A stretch of 64,000 bases of DNA from an uncultured Chloroflexia bacterium (GTDB lineage Bacteria; Chloroflexota; Anaerolineae; JAAYZQ01): NCBI GenBank assembly GCA_963700285.1, contig CAVOXA010000010.1, forward strand, positions 1,696,001 through 1,760,000, read 5' to 3'. Of this stretch, positions 37,013 through 47,500 are shown piece after piece. A model generated the notes under the pieces. The model was not told where the DNA came from, did not search any database, and saw only the letters and a list, made by a program, of their open reading frames with translations. Within the stretch, counting starts at the first letter, position 1; every line of letters starts with the position of its first letter. A program made the translations under genes and the position numbers.

Positions 37013-39338
37013 CTAGGGCAGTTCAATCCTGGTCAGGCGCAGGGCATCGCTGCCGTCTGGCAGGGTGAGACGTACGCCCATCACCGGGTCGTAGAGGCCC
37101 ACAAGCAGCTCGTAGCTCCCCGGCGGTAGCCCCTCAGGGATGGGGATGGTGTGAACATCGTCCAGGGCTATGCCGGGTAGCCAGAGCGAGGTAGGCCAGC
37201 GGCCACCCATCGGTGCCGCATCGCTCTGGGCCAGTACCACATCTCCAGCCTGGGGATCGATCAGGTGGGCAAAGACGGTATAGTCGGTGTCCACGTAACC
37301 ATCCGTAGCCCAGCGCAGTGTCAAGTGAATCGCCTTCGGGCCAGCTCTGAGAGTCAAAGCCCTGCAAGGTGATCGACTCCCCAAGACGGGCTCCGACCGG
37401 CTCAAAGGACTCTGGCCCAGCAGCATCCCTCCAACTCAGAGGCAACACAGCCACCCGGAAGGTCTGGCCCCCACGGGCGGACAGCCTGGCGCCTGTCGTG
37501 GGATCGTACCAGCCAATCTCGAGCGCGTACAGGCCCGATGGCGTGCCAGCCGGTACCGTGAGCGCAAAGGAGTCACGGACCATCTCGCCGGCACCCCAGG
37601 CGCTGGTAGGATAGACGCCGTCATAGGGCTGGTGGTCGTCGCCGGCCAAACCTTGGCCGTGTTCGTCTACCAGGTGAGCAAAGGCCGTATAGTCGGTGGA
37701 CAAAGGCTGCAGGGCTTGCCAGACAACCGTCAGATTGACGGTATCGCCCGGCTCCAGTTCGGGCGGAGCGTGCAGACTCCAGCCCACCAGTGCCAGCTCT
37801 TCTTCAAAATGAACCTGCCGCTCATGCTGGAGCGGATCGGGCTCGTACAGCTCGTACTTGCCCACCGTGCGGGTATGCCGGTAGTTTCGGTCCAGTTCCG
37901 ACAAGAACGCGCGGGTGAAACGCCGGTAGCGGTCTACATCCAGTCGCGTGCCCCTGTCCAGGATTACCAACGACCGGCTCCGGTCGCGCAACTGACCCAG
38001 TTCCCAGGACTGGTCCCAGCGGCCGGCCTCCGCCAACTGGCTGTACTCGAAAGAGTGATAGTCCAGGACCTTGTCGTAGGTTACCAAAAGACCCATGTCC
38101 TCCGCAAAGATCGGACCGGGCGTATCGGCCAGGATGGGCGCCATCTCCTCGTAAGAACTCTGGGTCAGGTGCAGGTAGCGGTTGGCAACCTTCGGTGTAT
38201 GCCACATCAGCATGACCTGGGCCAGCACCAACAGCGGAGCCGCGAGCTGGAGAAGCGGCTTGGGGGAGCCAAGCAACCGGGCTAGCCCCAGTCCGCCAGC
38301 AAGGGTGAGGGCAGCCAAAGCCTCGAAAAAATAGTTCTCCCAGGCGCCAGCCTTGCCGGCGAGCAGCACGCTGGACAATGCCAGGGGCAGGTAAAGGTCC
38401 AGCAGACTGATCTTTGCTCGCAGCGGTATTGCGCGCTCCAAGATGAACTTGTCTACGACGTACCAGGCTGCCATCAGGGCGAGCATGGCAAAGGTCCCGA
38501 AAAAGTCACCCTGTTGCTGCCAGAACTCGGGCCAAAGGAAGGCGTTCACGTTGGCGACGATCATGCTTTCCCAGAAACTTCCACCTGTGAGCGCGTTGAT
38601 CGCCACGAATAACCCGCCCCCCAGCAGACCGATTGCTGCGGCCATGAGGACTGCTTGCCGTCGATCCACAAAAAAGAACAGATAGACCAGGGCCGCTGCT
38701 GGGGCAAATATGAATGACTGTTTGGCATAGAGGGCGGCCACAAAGAGCACGACGGCCAGCCAAAGGAGGTACCGCTTGTGCCTCTCCATTTTTTCCCCTG
38801 CCTGCCGGGGGATGGCCAGGTAGACAGCGAACAATCCACCCAGAGTAAGGGCCAAGCCGATGAGGTCGACCCGGAAAAGAGGAGCCCAGTGGTAGATATA
38901 GGGTGAGCCCACGAAAAGCAGCACGGCGGCTACGGCTGGCAACCAGCGCCCGGTTTTCTTCCACAGCCAGACGAGTATGACTGCCGCTGTGGCAAGGACG
39001 GCCAGCAGCGTCCAGATGCGGCCTGCCGCGTAGGTCATACCCAGGAACGGGGTCAGGGCCAGGGCCAGAAGGAATGGGAGCGGCGCATAGTTGGACGTAA
39101 TAAAGGGATAGGTTCCAATGGGACGATAGATGGGCCGGCCCAACGATAATTGTCTGACATAATGCAGGTGTGTACCCTCGCCGTAGTCGAGTTGGTAGGG
39201 GAAAAATAGGCCCGTTGCTCCCAGCCAGAGGGTCAGCCCTGTCAGATAGGCCAGCCCTGCCAGGGCCAGTGCCCACAGCGCCCCCAAAACCCAACGCAGC
39301 CTCTTTGATTGCGTCTGCTCGATGCTGCTGGTATCCAT
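37013..39338 (-). CDS. GT-C glycosyltransferase-like membrane protein with two C-terminal Ig-like repeats; frameshift ~37352
   Basis: PYQLDYGEG, RVD, KQS; repeats YTAFAHL.D...D..P....YPTS.W..GE...D (the second lies in ORF 37013-37426). Confidence 0.8.
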
Positions 39339-39384
39339 AGGTGAGCTATTATACCGTGTGACAGGGGAAAGGGAAAGCTACATT

Positions 39385-39463
39385 GGACGTGGTACGTGGT
39401 GCGCGGTCCGTGACAGACCGCACGCACGTGACACAAGTCACGAAACACGAAACACGTTTCACG
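39385..39463. repeat. Inverted heptamer-array element
   Basis: ggacgtg gtacgtg gtgcgcg gtccgtg ... cacgtga cacaagt cacgaaa cacgaaa cacgttt cacgg. Confidence 0.75.
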
Positions 39464-41951
39464 GCTCGATACGAACCGTACCCAGTACGATCCGGTCAAC
39501 AGGCACCCCGTTGCCATTCAATGTCAGGACGCGGGCCAGATCCTCGGCACGGTACATGCCCACCTCCAAGGTATAGTCGCCGGGGGAAGTACTCGCTGGG
39601 ACCATCACTGTCACCGTGTCGTTGATCGTTTCACCTGGCGTCCACAGCAGAGTGGGAGCCTGGCCATCGCCAGGTTGGCCATCCCAACCAGCAATGGCGT
39701 TGCCCTCTGCGCCGAGCAACTTGACGTACAGGCTATAGTAGGCATCGATCTTGCCTAGCGCGCGCCAGGTCAGGTCTACGGAGAGTGGCTGGCCAGAGCG
39801 CGCTTCTTCCGGGAATGCCCAGAGCAGCAGTTGGGCCGGCACGGGAAATGCGTCGTCCTCCGCATCACCCACCACCACTGCGCCAGCCAGCATCCAGTCC
39901 CCGAGGGGGCCGCTCTGCTCCTCAATGCTTAGACGATAGACCCCCGGGGTTGGGGGAGCTGCCAGCAGCAACGGGACCACGGCCGTGCCTCCATCGGGAG
40001 ACGTGACCAATGGCACATCTCCATAGGCGAGATCTTCTTTAAGGTCTACCGCCAGCCCATCCTCTGTTTCCCAGGTGATCTTGGGGCGGATGACGTCGGT
40101 GGGCTTTACGGCGTAGCTCCCGGTGCCCTTGTTCACAGCGATGACGTAAGCTGTGTAGGGCTGTGCGGCCATGGCGCGGGGAGGCAAGTAGCCCTGAACC
40201 TCGAGAGAATCCGGATTGAAGGAACGAGGCTGAACGCCATAGACCCGATCTGCTCCAAATGCCTCCTGCAGTGCCAGATCGTCCACTTGATCCAGTGCGA
40301 GATTCATATCAAACCGCTTTGCGGCCGGATAGCGGCTGGCATGGACAATGACCTGGCTCACGCCCAATGCCTGAAGCAGGCTCACGCTGCGTTCCGAGGG
40401 GAAACGCTCCATCTCAAAAGTGATCTGGCCATGCTTGGGTGGGATAAAGCCGCTGTAGCCATCGGGCGTTGTGCGCCAATGGTAGGTTGAAAGGTACTGG
40501 TATTCGAGCTGCGGGCCACCGGGGGTAAAGGCCATAGGCAGCTCCAAGACCGGATCAGAGGGTTGCTCTGCCAGCCAGCGGTAGACGGGCGGAACCTGGC
40601 CGCCTACTGGCACCGGTTCGGCGTGGGCGGCAGGCCAGACAAGGGATTCCAAGACTGCCAGCCCCACAAGTAGAACAGGGATCCCGACTTGGGCCAGCCG
40701 GGTGGAGATACCCGGCCTGCTCACCTGCCCGAGCGCTGCCACCCCATATCCAGCCAGTACTGCCAGCGACAGACCTACCAGCACGTCAAAACGGGCAGGG
40801 GCGCGCAGGGCTTTGAATCCTGGCACGATGGTATAGAGCCAGGCGTAGGGCAAGTTGACATTCAGTCCGGCTGGCAGCCCGGGGGCCAGATAGAGGCGAG
40901 GACCAAAAGACAGAACGAGCGCGGCAAGGAGCAGGATGAAAAAGAACCAGCGGGTGCGGCCCCGACCCCGGATCAGCCCCCACAACGCCAACCCCAAGCT
41001 GACGAGGCCCGGGAAGAGGGCATCCACCGGGTAACCGCCGGTGATGGGGGCCTTGTCGCTGGGCAGCCACCGCCCGTGGATGACACTGCCTGGCGGCACT
41101 GTCAGGTACTGCCGCAGGCTGGCAGAAAAGGGCTCGCTGTCGGCCAAACCGCGCTCAAAGCCCATCTCACGCTGTACCTGGAAGTAGGGCAGAGCAAAGG
41201 GCAGGATTATGACAAGACAGAAGACAGCGGCAAGCAGCAGATAGGACAGCGACGAGCGACGAAAGATAGAAGGCAAAGGTCGCATGCCGTTGATTCCTTG
41301 ACGCTGGAGATAGTCCCAAGTCCAAGAAACAAACTGAAAAACCGCGAATCCGCTGGCGGTGAGGGTCAGCAGGATGGCATAGTAGAACGACGACAGGGCT
41401 TGCAGGCAGAAAAACAGGACAAAGGTGGTCACGTGGCGGAGGCGGGGCCGCCGGAGCAGTTGGTATAGGGAAAGAAAGGCAAAGGGCAACCACTGGGTAG
41501 TCAGGATCTGGGCTTGGGCCAGGTTGGTCATGCGGTAGGAGGAAAAGGCAAAAATGACGCCTGCCAAGATACCAGCGGCGGCCGAGCGTGTGAGTTGGAG
41601 TACCAAGAGGTATGTGCCAAAGCCCGACAGGATGAAGGACAGGAGCAGTGCCACGTTGTAGCCGAATACAGGGTTGCCGGTGGCGGCGGTGATGGGCAGG
41701 GCCAGCAGTGCATTGCCTAGTAGCAATTCTGAATAGGCCAGCGTACGAGGATAGGAATAAAAGATGTTGGCATCGAACAAGTGCAGGGGATCGCTTAGGA
41801 GCTGATAGCCATCCCAGGCAGTAATCCAGACATTGAGCAGCGCATCCTGCAGGTCCTCCACAGCATCGGCCAAGTACAGGGGCAGAGGATAGGTTAGTAT
41901 CAGGCTAAAGGCGAGAAACAGCAGCAGAACCGCTATGGTAGATTTGCGCAC
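39459..41951 (-). CDS. YfhO-like GT-C glycosyltransferase with C-terminal Ig-like domain
   Basis: DALLNVW, FDANIF.....LAYSE, RAPARF, GYSGF, C-terminal WDGQP...W.PGE...D...PGDY.L.VGMY. Confidence 0.8.
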   Translation of the reverse strand: MRKSTIAVLLLFLAFSLILTYPLPLYLADAVEDLQDALLNVWITAWDGYQLLSDPLHLFDANIFYSYPRTLAYSELLLGNALLALPITAATGNPVFGYNVALLLSFILSGFGTYLLVLQLTRSAAAGILAGVIFAFSSYRMTNLAQAQILTTQWLPFAFLSLYQLLRRPRLRHVTTFVLFFCLQALSSFYYAILLTLTASGFAVFQFVSWTWDYLQRQGINGMRPLPSIFRRSSLSYLLLAAVFCLVIILPFALPYFQVQREMGFERGLADSEPFSASLRQYLTVPPGSVIHGRWLPSDKAPITGGYPVDALFPGLVSLGLALWGLIRGRGRTRWFFFILLLAALVLSFGPRLYLAPGLPAGLNVNLPYAWLYTIVPGFKALRAPARFDVLVGLSLAVLAGYGVAALGQVSRPGISTRLAQVGIPVLLVGLAVLESLVWPAAHAEPVPVGGQVPPVYRWLAEQPSDPVLELPMAFTPGGPQLEYQYLSTYHWRTTPDGYSGFIPPKHGQITFEMERFPSERSVSLLQALGVSQVIVHASRYPAAKRFDMNLALDQVDDLALQEAFGADRVYGVQPRSFNPDSLEVQGYLPPRAMAAQPYTAYVIAVNKGTGSYAVKPTDVIRPKITWETEDGLAVDLKEDLAYGDVPLVTSPDGGTAVVPLLLAAPPTPGVYRLSIEEQSGPLGDWMLAGAVVVGDAEDDAFPVPAQLLLWAFPEEARSGQPLSVDLTWRALGKIDAYYSLYVKLLGAEGNAIAGWDGQPGDGQAPTLLWTPGETINDTVTVMVPASTSPGDYTLEVGMYRAEDLARVLTLNGNGVPVDRIVLGTVRIEP

Positions 41952-42108
41952 ACTTGTCCTGTTCCGAGACCGGCGAATTGAGTATTCCGGGTGTGAGGCA
42001 TGGGAATCGAAACATGGATTCGACGCCGGTCACGTGATTGTAACTGAATTCTACCGCAAGAGGGGCCAATGTGCAAGCCAAGTCGATCAGTTTTGCCCCC
42101 AGACTGCC

Positions 42109-42137
42109 TTGACGCCTGGCAGGTTTTGCCGTATGAT
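42109..42137 (+). promoter_or_regulatory. Sigma70 promoter of prfA-prmC
   Basis: TTGACG-17-TATGAT. Confidence 0.75.
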
Positions 42138-42168
42138 GGTAGACAGGAACTATGAGGAGTCATAACCT

Positions 42169-43240
42169 GTGCTGGACAAAGTCAAGCTGGTTGAGGAACG
42201 ATACGAAGAGCTATCCCGCCTGATGGCCGATCCCGAGGTGGTGATCGACCATGTCAAGGTGACTGAATATGCCCAGGAGCAGCGCGAACTCGAGGATCTG
42301 GTGCAGGCCTATCGCCATCACCAAGCCCTGGAAGCAGAACTCTCTGACACGCGCGAGTTGCTGGAGATGGAAGACGAAGCAGAAATGCGCGAGATGGCTG
42401 AGCAAGAGATCTCGCGCATCGAAGGGGAAATGGAGGCGCAGTACGAGCGGTTGCGCCTCATGCTCCTGCCCAAAGATCCATTAGACGAAAAGAACGTGAT
42501 CATGGAGGTCCGGGCCGGAACCGGCGGCGACGAGGCTGGAATTTTTGCGGCCGACCTGCAACGCATGTATACCCGCTACGCCGAGACCCAGAAATGGAAG
42601 ATCGATTTACTAAGTGCCAATAGGACGGGCGTGGGCGGCGTCAAAGAGGTTGTCTTTGAGATCAAGGGCAGGGGGGCCTACTCCCGGCTAAAGTACGAGA
42701 GTGGCGTCCACCGGGTCCAACGGGTGCCTGCCACCGAGTCCCAGGGGCGCATCCATACCTCCACGGCGACGGTGGCTGTGCTTGCCCGAGATCGATGACG
42801 TCGAGATCGAAATCAACCCTGCCGACTTGGAAACAGACGTCTATACCTCGTCGGGGCCTGGCGGGCAGCACATGCAAAAGAACGCCACGGCGGTGCGCAT
42901 CACCCACATTCCCAGTGGCATGGTGGTCTCATGTGAGAGCGAGCGGAGCCAGACCCAGAATCGGATGAGGGCCATGGCTGTACTCCGTTCCCGTCTATAC
43001 GAGGCCGAACAGCAGCGGCAGCAGGCCGAGCGGGGCGACGAGCGCCGCCTGCAGGTAGGTTCGGGGGAGCGCAGCGAAAAGATCCGTACTTACAACTATC
43101 CCCAGAACCGGGTCACCGATCATCGCATTGGGCTGACGCTCTATCGGTTGGATACGATTATCAACGGTGACCTTGACGAGTTTGTCGACGAGTTAGCGAC
43201 GACGGAACAAGCAGAACGGCTGCAGGCCATCGGTGTTTGA
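42169..43240 (+). CDS. prfA: Peptide chain release factor 1, split by a +1 indel at ~42783
   Basis: [17 protein letters not shown] (PxT motif of RF1), [13 protein letters not shown], then in the +1 frame PEI...GPGGQ...[20 protein letters not shown]; followed by prmC. Confidence 0.95.
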
Positions 43241-43350
43241 ACGGATATCCCCGGCCGGGCAGTGCCGAGCTTGTTCGGGCTTGGTTCCTAAAAGATCGCA
43301 GGAACCCGCAGGCTGGAGATTCTCGGAAAGCCTGATTCTGTGTTGGAGAT

Positions 43351-44199
43351 ATGATCCAGATCCAAGATGCACTGGCGAGAGCCATCCAAACGCTACGGAA
43401 CAACGGCGTCGAGTCGCCCAGGCTCGACGCCGAGCTTTTGTTGGCCCACACCCTCAGTACAAACCGGGCGATAGTCCTGGCTTGGCCTGAGCGTTTGCTG
43501 GCCCCCAAAGAACTCGCCAGCTACCGGGCGCTGATCGCGCGCCGTGTTGCCCGCGAACCACTGGCCTACATTGTTGGTCACCGCGAATTCTACGACCTGG
43601 ACCTGGTCGTGGATTCCCGCGTGCTGATCCCCCGGCCTGAGACCGAACTGCTGATCGAGCGGGCTTTGAAGATAGCGCAGAAAAAGGCAACGCCCTTGCT
43701 GGTCGCAGACGTTGGCTCCGGAAGTGGGGCCCTCGCCGTGACTTTGGCAGTGCACCTGCCTCAGGCGACTGTCTATGCGCTGGACGGCTCGGCCGGTGCG
43801 CTGGCCGTAACGGCGGAGAATGCCCGACGCAACGGTGTGACGGAGCGAGTTCATTGCCTGCAAGGGGACCTGTTGGAGCCGCTGCTTCAGATGGTGGACC
43901 TCGTCGCCGCCAATCTGCCCTACGTCACCACGGCCGAGTGGCAGGATCTGCCCCCTGAAATCCACGACTATGAGCCACGTGGGGCCCTCGATGGCGGTCC
44001 CGATGGTCTATGCCTGATGAGGCGACTGCTGGCGACGGCTGGGGCTTACCTTCGTCCTGGAGGCGCAATTCTACTAGAAGTTGGAGCCAGCCAGGGAGCC
44101 AAAGTGACTGCCTTGGCTCATCAGCATTACCCTGGTGCCATGGTCAGGCTATACCAAGACTATGCGGGACTGGACCGGCTGGTTGCGGTAGAACTCTGA
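43351..44199 (+). CDS. prmC: Release factor glutamine methyltransferase
   Basis: EPLAYIVG.REF, VLIPRPETE, DVGSGSG, ANLPY, ALDGGPDGL. Confidence 0.96.
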   Translation: MIQIQDALARAIQTLRNNGVESPRLDAELLLAHTLSTNRAIVLAWPERLLAPKELASYRALIARRVAREPLAYIVGHREFYDLDLVVDSRVLIPRPETELLIERALKIAQKKATPLLVADVGSGSGALAVTLAVHLPQATVYALDGSAGALAVTAENARRNGVTERVHCLQGDLLEPLLQMVDLVAANLPYVTTAEWQDLPPEIHDYEPRGALDGGPDGLCLMRRLLATAGAYLRPGGAILLEVGASQGAKVTALAHQHYPGAMVRLYQDYAGLDRLVAVEL

Positions 44200-44236
44200 A
44201 CCTGGCGAAAGCTGGGAAGCCCTGGACAGGATTCGA

Positions 44237-45136
44237 CTACTTGTACGCGACCACGCCAAAAGCTTGGGCCCGTCGGACGACCCGCGAAAAACCGGCTTCC
44301 TGTAAGCGGCGTGCCACCCCCTTGACCACATTGCGACCGGATCTGCTTTCCAGGTTACCCACATAGTGGAAGAGTTGTCCCTTGCGTTTCAACACCCGAT
44401 GCAGGTCGCGATAGAACTCGCCGGAATAAAGCTCACCGGCCAGGCCAAACATGGGCGGATCGTGGATGATCCGGGAGAAAGTTTCGTCCCCGAGTGCAAC
44501 TATCTCGTCGAACGAATCACCGATGATCTGATGGATCTTGGGGTGCTCGAATAGCTGCCGAGACCAGGGGTTGAGCCGAGCCACCTCTAGCACGGTGGGA
44601 TCCATCTCTATGGTGACCACCTCGTCCGCGGTTTTGGCCGCCTCGATGGCTGTGTAGCCCAGTCCAGTACAAGTGTCCAGTATCCGGCCAGTGAGGGGGG
44701 CGATGGCGTGGATCTTGCGCAAGGTATCCTGGTGGGGATCGATGCCCTTGATGCGATGCATGGTGATGCCCGAGATGAGAAGAGTGGGTGCTTTGCCGGT
44801 GGGCATCAGGCTGCAAGAGCGGTTAGACAACTCGGAGAAACGGTGGATTTTTTCTGCTTTGCCACCTACCACCACAAAACAGACTGACTCGGACTGAGAG
44901 ATCCATTCAATTGTCTCCCATGACTGCCATTGTCCATCGGGAAAGGACACGCCCTCGGTGCGCAGCAACACATCGCTCGTCGTCAGACCCAGATCGAGCG
45001 ATATGTTCGCCAGGTCATGCCCCTGCATCTGAGCTTGTAGGAGAGAGGTTGCCTGAGCCGATGACAAGATGATGGGCCTGGTCGTGTCCCATCCCTTGAA
45101 GGAGTTTAGGGATTCCTGCATTTCGTGTACCCACAC
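44237..45136 (-). CDS. Class I SAM-dependent methyltransferase (archaeal-type predicted MTase)
   Basis: [36 protein letters not shown]. Confidence 0.85.
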   Translation of the reverse strand: MWVHEMQESLNSFKGWDTTRPIILSSAQATSLLQAQMQGHDLANISLDLGLTTSDVLLRTEGVSFPDGQWQSWETIEWISQSESVCFVVVGGKAEKIHRFSELSNRSCSLMPTGKAPTLLISGITMHRIKGIDPHQDTLRKIHAIAPLTGRILDTCTGLGYTAIEAAKTADEVVTIEMDPTVLEVARLNPWSRQLFEHPKIHQIIGDSFDEIVALGDETFSRIIHDPPMFGLAGELYSGEFYRDLHRVLKRKGQLFHYVGNLESRSGRNVVKGVARRLQEAGFSRVVRRAQAFGVVAYK

Positions 45137-45144
45137 TTCAGATA

Positions 45145-45175
45145 GAAGCCCGGTCCCACTGGGAGATCGGGCTTC
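45145..45175 (-). terminator. Hairpin after the PIG-L gene
   Basis: gaagcccg...cgggcttc. Confidence 0.5.
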
Positions 45176-45210
45176 CTGTCAAAACGAACCGGCCTGAGTA
45201 CTTTCCATGC

Positions 45211-46082
45211 CTATCGCAGTCCAGCAAGGAGGTCGTGCTGACCGTCGTCGTCTCCTACGTGGCTTTGGGCTAGCTGGAAGCATTCCCAGGCCTGGAGTTC
45301 GCGCATGATCTCCGGCGGCAGTGCGGCGAAAATGCTATCCGGATTCAGTTGGGTGGCATGACATTGTATCGCCGCTTGTTTGGTTTCCCAAAAGTCCTGG
45401 ACGTACACATCGGTAGTACAGGCTTCATCGGGTAGGCCAAATGGCCCAGCAAAGCGATTCTGGTAGCGTTCGGGGATCTCAATACCCAGCTCAGTCATCT
45501 TTTCGAGTGCAGAACGGAAAAAGCGCCGGGGAATCGCCGTGAAATAGAGCTTCTGAGCTTGATGAGCTTCGAGGTCGTCCGCGATTTGGTCAGTGTACTG
45601 TTCCGGGTCAGCGGCGGCGCTAAAGGCAGCCTTGGCATAGTGGTGAATGGCAATGTGATCCGGGTGACCGTAGCCACCGGTTTCGTCAAAAGTGACTACG
45701 ACGTCGGGACGTTCACGCCGGATATGTCCCACGATCTTGCCCACCACCTCATCGAAATCGGCCATGGTCAAGGCTCCGCGCTCCAAGTTCTCTGGCGTCC
45801 CGGCCATGCCCGAGTCTCGGTAGTCGAGGAAGTGGAGGGCGTCGACGCCCAGAGCTTGGCAGGCGCAGCGTAGCTCACCCTCGCGAACCTCACCAAGCTG
45901 CTCAGGTGTGGCGAGTTGGGAATCGCTTATCTCGCCCGCCTCCCCCGCGTGGCGCAGACCAGTACGACCCGGACGTCGGGGTCTGCGCCATAACGAGCCA
46001 GCGATCCCCCACTGCCGAACGACTCGTCGTCGGGGTGAGCAAAGATCGCCATCAATGTCAGCAAAGGGTCGTTGTCGGACAT
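45211..46082 (-). CDS. PIG-L family deacetylase (MshB/Mca-like); -1 indel in a G run at ~45945
   Basis: AHPDDES (upstream frame), CATRG[E]AGE, LDYRDSGM, GGYGHPDH, CHATQ, DLLAGL. Confidence 0.88.
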
Positions 46083-46089
46083 GATAGGA

Positions 46090-46455
46090 TTAGCTGTGGT
46101 GCTGATAGATCTGCAGCACGTTGCCGTTTAGGTCCTCAAAGACAGCCAGCTTGACGCCGCCATAGTCGATTATGCCGCCAATGAACACCACGCCCTGGCC
46201 TTCCATCTCCGCCTTGGCGGCTGCGATGTCGTCCACCTCAAAGACAAGGGTCGCACCTTCACCAACACCTAGCTCAGGACGGCCTTCGGGGCCAGAACCG
46301 TGGCGGCGCAGGGCGATGGTCGCATTGCCAGCATCTAATTCGACCCAGTTGGCCGCCTCATACTTGACCGGCAGACCCAGCTTGTCGCAGTAGAAGGCCT
46401 TTGCTTTCTCCATGTCATCCACGTTAAAGAACACATAGTCTACTTTTTTGAACAT
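46090..46455 (-). CDS. VOC/glyoxalase family protein
   Basis: VDDMEKAKAFY...LGL, FEVDDI, FEDLNGN.LQI; RBS aggagga. Confidence 0.9.
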   Translation of the reverse strand: MFKKVDYVFFNVDDMEKAKAFYCDKLGLPVKYEAANWVELDAGNATIALRRHGSGPEGRPELGVGEGATLVFEVDDIAAAKAEMEGQGVVFIGGIIDYGGVKLAVFEDLNGNVLQIYQHHS

Positions 46456-46553
46456 GGTAATCCTCCTGTGTGATTTCGGGTTCCCTCATTGTACGCGAAG
46501 CGTAGCATGTGAAACGTAACGAGCATTACGTCACGTATCGCGGCCTGTACACT

Positions 46554-47489
46554 TTACCCTTGGATCTCCTGAAACCGGGGGTCGCGCTCCAAGATGAGAC
46601 GCAGTCCCTCGTCCAGGGCTGTACAGGGAGTCCAGCTAAGCAACTGCTGCGCCAGGCTTACATCGGCCACCAAGCGTGACACGCCAGCCGCTTGGGCCCG
46701 GTTGAGCAACGGATTGGCTCGTTTGCCGGACAACCGGCCTACCTTGGCTGCCAAGTCGTTAATACTGACCTCTCGACCTGAGCCAATGTTAATGACCGCC
46801 CGATTCACATCGGTGGCCGTCGATGCTGCTATAAGAGCAGTCACGACGTCATCCACGTAGACAAAATCGCGAGTCTGAGTGCCATCGCCAAATATGACCA
46901 GAGAGCCACCAGCCTGTGCTTGTCTAAGCAGTTGAGGAATGACCGGTGGGTAGCTGGGCGGCAACTCCTGCCCCGGCCCATATGCGTTAAAGATGCGCAA
47001 GGACACGGTCTCGATGCAGTACAGGGTTCCCAGGGTGGAGACATAGTACTCGGCGCCAATCTTGCTCACGCCATAAGGTGAATTCGGATTGGGCCTTTGA
47101 TCTTCGCCAATCGGTTGCTTAGCTTGTTCGCCATAGAGCGCCGCTGAGGAGGCGAATACGACGCGTCTCACACCCGTGTCGCGTACGGCTTCCATGAGTG
47201 CCACAGTACCACCAACGTTGACGTCGTTATAGTCCCCCGGATAGTGAATTGACTCCGGCACGCGCACTCGCGCCGCCAGATGGTAGACACAATCCACGCC
47301 CTGCAGGAGGGTCCAAAGTCTGGGGACATCTTTGACGTCGCCGCGGTTAAAGAGTACATCCGGGGCCAGCCTTCGGGGATCTCCGGCTGTGAGGTCGTCC
47401 AGGGCCAATACGGTATGACCATCGGCCACTAACCGATTGGACAGGGCTGAGCCCAGGAACCCGGCGCCGCCGGTAACAAGAACGCGCAT
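46554..47489 (-). CDS. NAD-dependent epimerase/dehydratase (NDP-sugar)
   Basis: VTGGAGFLGS, HLAA, SSAALYG, SPYGVSK, FGDG.QTRDFVYV.D. Confidence 0.92.
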   Translation of the reverse strand: MRVLVTGGAGFLGSALSNRLVADGHTVLALDDLTAGDPRRLAPDVLFNRGDVKDVPRLWTLLQGVDCVYHLAARVRVPESIHYPGDYNDVNVGGTVALMEAVRDTGVRRVVFASSAALYGEQAKQPIGEDQRPNPNSPYGVSKIGAEYYVSTLGTLYCIETVSLRIFNAYGPGQELPPSYPPVIPQLLRQAQAGGSLVIFGDGTQTRDFVYVDDVVTALIAASTATDVNRAVINIGSGREVSINDLAAKVGRLSGKRANPLLNRAQAAGVSRLVADVSLAQQLLSWTPCTALDEGLRLILERDPRFQEIQG

Positions 47490-47500
47490 ATTTCTGACCT

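Noticed and set aside
39385-39463. Short repeats as a CRISPR array
   Set aside because: Units are 7 nt with no unique spacers, and there are no cas genes.
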